Of a stretch of DNA of 10,175 nucleotides, positions 9,772 to 10,175 are shown one piece after another (the first letter of the stretch is position 1; every line of letters begins with the position of its first letter). The notes beneath the pieces are model-generated. The model saw nothing but the letters and a program-made list of their open reading frames with translations, was not told the DNA's origin and did not search any database. The position numbers were made by a program, and so were the translations under genes. The DNA comes from Geosiphon pyriformis uo1. Taxonomy: Eukaryota; Fungi; Glomeromycota. The stretch is taken from assembly GCA_016748015.1 (NCBI GenBank), contig JAAOMT010000298.1:1-10175 (forward strand). The letters run 5' to 3'.

Positions 9772-10175
9772 TAGAACCAATATGATAAAACTAGTATCAT
9801 AAATAAATAAAAGTTATTAAATATTCAATCCACTTAAACCTCTAAATAATAGTTATACGCAAAAAAAAAAATCCTGAAATTTTTAATTTTCCTATAAAAT
9901 ATAGAACTAATAATATTATTGTAATAATTTTAATTTTAATTAGATAATATTTATATTTCTAAAAATTTGTCGAAAAAACCATGCGCTCAAAAAAGTGTTA
10001 TATGAGATACAAATTAAATGTTGAAAATTAATTGATGCTTACTTACATTTAACTTGGAACCCGAAAGTTCCATATATGCTTATGGGAGGGAACCATTTAT
10101 ATTAGACCACTTGTTAAAGAAATTTGAAATCGTGATCTTCCTTTGCAACTGGAATGGTTAAAACTAATTAATCTT

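Larger units (their letters stand above)
7916..10175 (+). repeat. Right arm of inverted segmental duplication (continues past window end)
   Basis: Same alignment as the left arm; lacks the equivalent of 4319-4912 and contains the N gap. Confidence 0.9.

Overview
Very AT-rich eukaryotic DNA with short GT-AG introns. Gene content (BTB/POZ-BACK-TLDc genes, a tyrosine-kinase-like kinase relic, a decayed Tc1 transposase) points to an arbuscular mycorrhizal fungus (Glomeromycotina); that assignment is inference. The left end (~150-1450) holds a degenerate Tc1/mariner transposase (- strand) and a kinase pseudogene (+ strand). About 1450-3900 is mostly featureless AT-rich DNA. The rest is a large inverted duplication: arms 3895-6725 and 7916-10175 (running off the window) around a ~1.2 kb spacer. 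Each arm carries a two-exon BTB-BACK-TLDc gene, so the two genes sit head-to-head. Arm identity is a mosaic: ~99% in the BTB-BACK part of exon 2, ~96-97% in the downstream non-coding flank, but only ~90% nt (81% aa) in the TLDc domain. Both copies have independently lost the conserved TLDc C-terminal EEYEVF strand: copy A by a 1-nt homopolymer frameshift, copy B by a 594-bp deletion with microhomology. A 324-N gap lies in the most identical stretch, so the linkage of copy B's 3' half needs confirmation. All counts are from alignment by eye.
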